64,000 bases of DNA. Source: Octopus sinensis. Its lineage: Eukaryota. The position numbers were made by a program, and so were the translations under genes. Within the stretch, counting starts at the first letter, position 1. Every line of letters begins with the position of its first letter. The notes beneath the pieces are model-generated. The model saw only the letters and a list, made by a program, of their open reading frames with translations, searched no databases and was not told the origin of the DNA. Below, one piece after another: positions 53,101-60,600 of the stretch. The stretch is taken from assembly GCF_006345805.1 (NCBI RefSeq), contig NC_043000.1, positions 83,576,001 through 83,640,000 on the forward strand, in the 5' to 3' direction.

Positions 53101-54631
53101 TGTAATATGTTTTTTATTTGATAAAAACCTCACAAAAGTACATTTGATTACAGTGATTTAAAATCATCCAATAATGCTTAAAAATATTAACAATTTATTG
53201 ATTGTTTTCTAAGAATGGCTTTATATATATTTCATAATGGCAGTAATACTCATGATTATTGCCATTATTATTTTTAATTATCTTATGTATTTGTGTCCAT
53301 CTGACAGATTCGTGATAATGGTAACATAGAAAGCTTCCAGCTTGTGAAAGTAATTGCCCCTCATGTCAACTGGGCAAATGCAATGCAGGATTTCATCAGC
53401 AATTACCCTGTAAATATTGTATCCAAGTTTGCTGCACATCTTTTCCATTTATTCTTGCAACTTGCTGGAGATGATAAAGAAAGTTTTTTATCATTTGTAA
53501 GTATTTTCCATGTATACATATCTGGTGATATATGAAAATCTTGATAATATTGAGCTCAATTTCTTATGTCTCTTCATATCATTTAGGGTGCATAAATGTA
53601 TACCAGTTATATACCAGGTTGTATTGGCTATACACTATTATTCTATCTTTTTTTACAAACAATAAAGTAATTGTTGATAAAGAGAGACATTTATATTAAA
53701 ACAAAGAAATGAAAAATAGTTAAATTATTATCAAATATATTATTTACAGATCAAAATTGTCATTATTATTATTAAGGTGGCAAGCTTGTAGAATTGCTAG
53801 CATGCCAGTCAAATTACTTAGCAGCATTTTGTCCTTCTTGATGTTCTGAGTTCAAATTCTGCTGAGGTCGACTTGAATTTTGTCCTTTTGGGGTTTATAA
53901 AATAAATACCAGGTGAACACTGTTTGATGCAATTGACTTACACTTTCCACCAAAATTGCTGGCTTTGTGCCAAAATTCGAAACCATTATTATTGAGTGAA
54001 AGGACAGCACATACCATCAAAGTGCCAAATATATAAAGCCCAATATACCCATCATGATTACCCGTCTGATAAGAGTACATGCATCACAACCATATGCGCA
54101 TGACATGGTGACTTCATATCAAAATAAACAGCACATGACCTTGCAGATGAGAGCCCTGTTAGAATTTTCTTCAGGTTGAGTAGCCCATCCCTCTTAAAAG
54201 GTCTCTGAATAAGTTTGTTTAAGGAATGAAACACCCATGTTTCCAGGGGTGAATTATTCAAACCCCAAAGAATCACTCTCAGCTCATAGCTATGATACTC
54301 CCCCACTACTCCTGCTCATGATCAAAGATGCACATATCGTCCGCCACTAAAGGACATGCTCAACTTGTTATGGTCAAGTAACTGACAAGCAAATCTGTGA
54401 TATTGAGCTGAATATTTGCGATAGCCCATCTTTTACACCAAGACAAAACATGTACATATTACCAGGAGAGTCTGGTATTACATTAGGTCATTTATTAGTA
54501 TTTACCTTTCATTCTTTTGTGGTCTTCAAAATATGTATCAGTTGAGGACTGGAGTTGATATAATCGACTAGCCCTCTCCCCCCAAAATTTCAGGCCTTGT
54601 GCCTACAGCAGAAATTATAATAATAATAATG

Positions 54632-54690
<59 letters not shown>

Positions 54691-57600
54691 CCCCCTCCCT
54701 CCCCCTCCCCTGATTTGCAGTTGTTTTAGTTTGTTTTCTGTTTTGATTCCTTCCAGACTGAAGAAGTAATACTAATGTTTATGATGGCTGAGAAGTTATG
54801 TTGGAATTACTTAGATTCCAATAGTTTCAGCCAGTCAGTCAACTGGTATCTACAGCACTGTGATCCAAGAGCAATTCTTGCACAGAGGTCATCTTTACAG
54901 GCATTGGAACTACGGTTAGTGAGATTTTAATTTTTGCTTTTAGTCAAGGTTTATCATTTAAATAATGAAGACAATTACCAAGGAAAATGTGGTGACCTCT
55001 AAATCTGAGTTAAAAATCTTGCTGTATTCAGCTTTAATTTTGATTCCTCTGAGTTCAGCATGTGTCAGTTATATATTAGGGCTTGTTGTTAGAAGAAATC
55101 AAGAAACATTTTGAAAACGCAATCCTGAATCTTGAACTCTACTAAATGAACTTAATAAAGATGGTTGATACATTGTTTTATCAATGCAACAATAAAATGT
55201 CAGTCAGGCTATCAACTTACGCTAATTTCAGTTTTATTTCATGTATTGTTCCTGAGAGAGTCACAGATAGCCAAGATGATTGATAGAGTTTAGAAACGTA
55301 AGCTGGCAGAAACGTAAGCACGCCAGGCAAAATGCTTAGTGGTATTTCGTCTGCCGTTATGTTCTAAGTTCAAATTCCACCGAGGTTGACTTTGCCTTTC
55401 ATCCTTTTGGGGTCGATAAATAAAGTACCAGTTATGCACTGGGTTTGATGTAATCGACTTAATCCCTTTGTCTGTCCTTCTTTGTCCCCTCTATGTTTAG
55501 CCCCTTGTGGGCAATAAAGAAATAAGATGATTGATAGAGATTTGAAGTTTGTAGTTTTCACCTTGTCAGCATCATGGCATTGTCTCTTAGATACTTAACT
55601 TTCAAACAGTTCAATCTTTAGCAACAATTCTTCATTGTGAAGAGCAGCAGTGTTGTAAAACAGATGAGTGTTTTTTTAACTTGCAGTGTTAAACTTTTTC
55701 TGTGGTGGAAAGAGCTCCATCTAATACTTTTGCTTGAGACATTCATGGAGAGAAATATTGGGCGATGCCTAAATCTCCTTTGTTCATGCTGTTTGTATGC
55801 TTTCTTCCTTTCAGCTCTGCTGGAAGGAAAGCTCTTAAATGACTGTTGCTGCTGCATGGGTACCAATGGGTCTCTTTTCTGAAAAATCAGTTTTTGAGAG
55901 TCTTTCTTTTGACACCTACCACAAATTATAATTCTTAGACCATTTTATGGTCTTGTGGAGTCATGAGGACTAGTATGACTTAGTGATCCCTCCTGCCTCA
56001 ATTATGCTATAAACGTAACTGTGAGCTAAGGGTTGATGTTATAACTAACTCCGTCCCAAATACTATGAGACCCATTTATTGATAGGTGTGTTACTCTCTT
56101 AACTACTGTCATATCCCATGCTCTCAACTTGTCCTCAGTCTTAAAAACAATGCATGTTGTGTTTATGACCTCCTTCTCCCTATGAAGGACATTTTGCTTC
56201 ATGTATCTACAAAGGCTGCCTCTTTGTGGAGGGCACCAGGAAAACCCCTGTGGTATTGGCAAAGCATAGGTAAGTTATTTTCCTTTTCTCTCATGCCTGA
56301 GTGATAGCTTCAGGTAGAGAAGCACTTGTTCTTGTGACATAATGTTGCCATGCATTTGTTATTTTCGTGAAAATAAAAGTGCTTTCATTTACAAGTGCAT
56401 TTGCCAGTGACAGGGTGTGACCTGCATTCAAAGCTTTTGTTTGATGATGTGTGTATCTTTTTTTGGGGTGTGTATATAAATGTTGTCAAACATGTTATTT
56501 ATCAAGCTACTGGTTTTTTGGTTTTTCTGAAATGTTATCCTTTGTTTCATTCCCTGCATTTAGAAAGTCTCCCTGTGTAATGTTATTTGGTTTTGGTTTT
56601 GTCTGTTGGGCAGCGTTCTTGCTCTGTTCAAAATTATTAATTTATTTGTGTGTGTTTTTTAAAGTGGTGTCAGTTCCTATGTAACAGGTGGGCTTCATTG
56701 AATTATTACACAGTTAAAAAAAATCAATTTTTAAAAAAACTGACTTTGTCTTACACCAATGTGAGGTAGACATGTAAATAGTTCAACACCCCCCATACAG
56801 TATAAAATCCAAAATGAAGATTATTTCTATCAGTTGTGTTTTAAAAACATCCAAAATTATTGGAATAAGTTCAAACTTGATGTGGTTTGGCCTGATTTGA
56901 TCATCGGTGCCCTATAGCAATCAGCAGGTAAAAAGGGGTACATGTGTTTGTACAGAGCTGGTCAATCAAGGTTTTAATTGGCCAATCAACCCATGTATAT
57001 CCCTGTCAGAGTGTCCATAGAGAATATCATTAACGAGTTCTTGCTTAGCTCTCTAGTAATGTCCTACAAAACAAATACCTCTCTCTCTCTAATTGCATTG
57101 AATAATTGCAAGAATATTGCCATACTGTCTCTTTGGTCAGATGCATTTTTTATGAGATATTCAGAATGGCACATAAAATGCAGATGTAAGCACCATCAAA
57201 CCTTGCTCCCAGGTGTTTGGTAAGTGTTCAAGCACTGGGCCCATTCAATATCACTGATTCCTCAGTAAGATGGAAGAAGATTCTCTTAAAATCATCAGTA
57301 AGCAATGACTTCCTGATGACTTTGCAGCCATCAATAGTTCATGCTTTCACAAAATGAATTTTCACATTGTTTTCTGAAGATGCAATGTTATTCCCTAAAT
57401 ACATAAAGGCCTTTGCTGATTTAAAGAGTTTTGCTTCATTGTGCTTATTGAATACTGTTGATTGTAACAGATGTATTGCTGTCTTTGAGGCATTGGCATC
57501 TAGACCAATATCTTCTACATTTACATCATTCTCAGTTGTTGTCAACTTGGACTATGGCTTTTGTATCTTAGTTTGACAAAATTTAAAAACTTAGTTTCAC

Positions 57601-60600
57601 TCTTACAAAATCTACTATCTGTCATCATTTAACCATGACAAAATGCGGAGTATGCTGATGATACTGCTTTATTTGCAGACAGAAAGCAAATGCAGAATCT
57701 GTGTTGAAGGAGATGAAAGTATTAACTATGTCTTAAGCGAGTTCAGAAAAAGAATATAGGTGTAGGCATAACTGTGTTGGTAAAAGAGTGCATTGAGATG
57801 TTAACCAAGTGTGGATTCATAGTTACAGAAAAGTGATATGAACACAAGCTAGAAAGATTATGATAGTGAAAAACAATCAGAAGGTTTTATGGGATATCTT
57901 CATAAAAACTGACTATACTATTGAAGTAAGAAAGCCAGATATAATTGTAGATGACAAAAGGAGAAAAAAGAAAAACAGTGTAAGATCATAAGTTTTCAAT
58001 ACCATAGAGTAGATACCCAAGAAAGTGAGAAATATCGGGACCTAGCCAGAGAGTTGTAGAGATTATGGAACACAAAGGTGAAAAACTTTTCTGTGGTAAT
58101 TAATGCACTTAGAATGACACCCACACCGCTACCTAAGACAGTGAAGGATATTGGAATTGAGATACACATTGTTGATCTGTAGAAAATTGTCATCCCGTTT
58201 TCTACAAGAATCCTAAGAAAGATTTTATGATTGATCTACTGAGGTCAACTTTGCCTTTCATCCTTTTAGGGTCAATAAAATAAGTACCAGCTGAGCACTT
58301 GCATTGATGTAATTGACTATCCTTTCACCTAAGATTGATAGCCTTGTGCCAGAATTTGAAACCATTATTTTATGATTGATAAGTTAGCTATTGCATACCA
58401 ATCAGTTAATCTTGTTCTTTGCAATACAGTATCAATAACTTATGTTTAAATTTGTTTCTTTTTGAAATTTTGTCTTTAAAGAGAAATTCATTTCTATTTC
58501 TAGCTTGATTAAATCTGCCTCAAAATTTGACTGTGACAGTTCTGCTCATTGGAACAGTGAAATTAGTAAGAAGAGAGTTGGTTATGTGTACTGCGTGATC
58601 CAGCTTCTCTGCCAGTGTTCTTACCAGGATGATATAAATGAAGAAACATTCAGTAACAGCATCCTTAATATCTTGACTGAAATAGAAACAGTTGAGATGG
58701 CAGGTAAGGAAGGAGAAACTGATTTCTTTTCATCAATGTAAATTCCTAATAAGTTTGTGTAGCAAGTTGTTTTGAAATTGTTTGGTTATTTTATAAATCC
58801 ACTGAAGACTTTGTTTTTATGTTTTTGTATAAGGAAGAATAGACATAAAGAAATTCAGTTTGCTTTTCTCTAGCCAAGTGGACAGTTTCAACCTGATGTT
58901 ACAATAAAATATTAAGTAAATGTGATAGTAATAAAAATAATACAAATAAATGTAATGTCATTATAATTACAGGGAAAGTGTAAAAAGGAGATTGGTCCTT
59001 TTCCTTCCACCATTACAACCATGATACTGGTTGTAATGGTGGAAGGAAAAAGGATAGGGAGACAGGTGCTTACTGTTAAATAGAGGATAGGAGACAGTAG
59101 ACATAGATGTTATCTATGTGCAAAATAGAATGGTAACCAATAGTTGCAGCTGTGTGTGTGTGTGTATATGTGCTCAGCGATATATATTTGTAGATATGTA
59201 AGTAGGAGGGCTGAGTAGTTTGTGTTGCCTGTGTCTTGAGGTTTCTAGTAGTATGTGGAACCTGTCCATAGTATTTATTTATAGTTAAGTCACCTGAGCC
59301 ATTGCAAGTATTTTTGATAAGATATTCACAGCATTAATGATTCTTCTATTAATAAACAACCTATCTATCTGAGTCACATTTAATAGTTTATGAAATAGTG
59401 ACAATATGGAGATAAATAAGACCGGAAGTTTTCTTTTTCATATATAAATCATTTAAGTGAGAAACTCATTTCAGCTTTATTTCAGTGAGAAACTCATTTC
59501 AGAAATATATGGCACTTAAATTCTCTTTAATTTTCTATTTAATCTCAGCATTTAATCCTAAAGTCTCTATATAACTTGCTTAAATAAAGATTCAAAACAA
59601 AATAAAACATTATGTTTAATTAAATTTGGTTAATGTTTGTGTCAGGTTGCTGCTAAGTAATGATTTCATATAAATTAAATTGATTGTCTAGATATTGAAA
59701 TTTTACTTCTTGTAGAGAGATGTATAAGAATTGGGTGATTATTTGACAGTACTGATGTACTATTTTGGTACTACATACTGTTCTTCTATAATGCTTTATT
59801 GTCAAACTATTCTGCAATTCTGTTTACTTGTGGAGAGATGTATGGAAAATTGCAAGAGTTATTCCCCTGTTTGAAAAAAAAGCAACTACACCATCCCTGT
59901 CTACCACTGTCCAATCAGTCTCACAAGCTGCATCACCAAATTGGTGAAATCTTAAGTCTTATGTAATCTTTCCTCTTTATGGCTCTTTTAGTATCTGTTT
60001 ATGTTTTATTCTGGCTAGTTTGCATGCACGTTTAGCTTTCATTGTTGTCTTTACTTGACAAATGGCTGCTGTCTCCTCTTTTAATCTTTGCTGCTGAGTC
60101 GTAGTGCACCCGGGTGCTTGTTTACAATTAAGTGGTTATCTCTTAGCATTGATGTACTATAACTGTTACTACATATTGTTCTACTGTAATGTTTTATTGT
60201 TAAACTCTAATTATTCTACTAATATATTTCCAGTTGCTGATCGATATGTGCAAAATGAGGAATCCGTGGAGATGATGAAAACTGTGTATAGTCTTTTGAA
60301 TAATTGTAATCCAGAAGGAACAATCAGTGAACTAATTACCAGTACCATTTACAGCTGGTTAGAGTCCTCCATCCACAGCATACTATTAATGCCAGCCATT
60401 GCTGCTGCTTGTCGTTCTTTGGCTAGTCTTACAAATGTTGTACAAATTTTAGAGAAATGTGTTGATGTTTATTTCACTTCAGGTTAGTTAATACAAAAAA
60501 TTATCTTCTTAACATTTATAAATCTAAATATGATGCTAAATCAGTAAATCTGCCAATGAGGTGTTGAGTCTCATGATAAATTGTATTTTGTGGGTATTAA

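Noticed and set aside
59455-59505. 19-bp direct repeat agtgagaaactcatttcag x2 (similar small duplications at 22420-22505 and 48790-48835)
   Set aside because: Ordinary short tandem duplications with no further structure.
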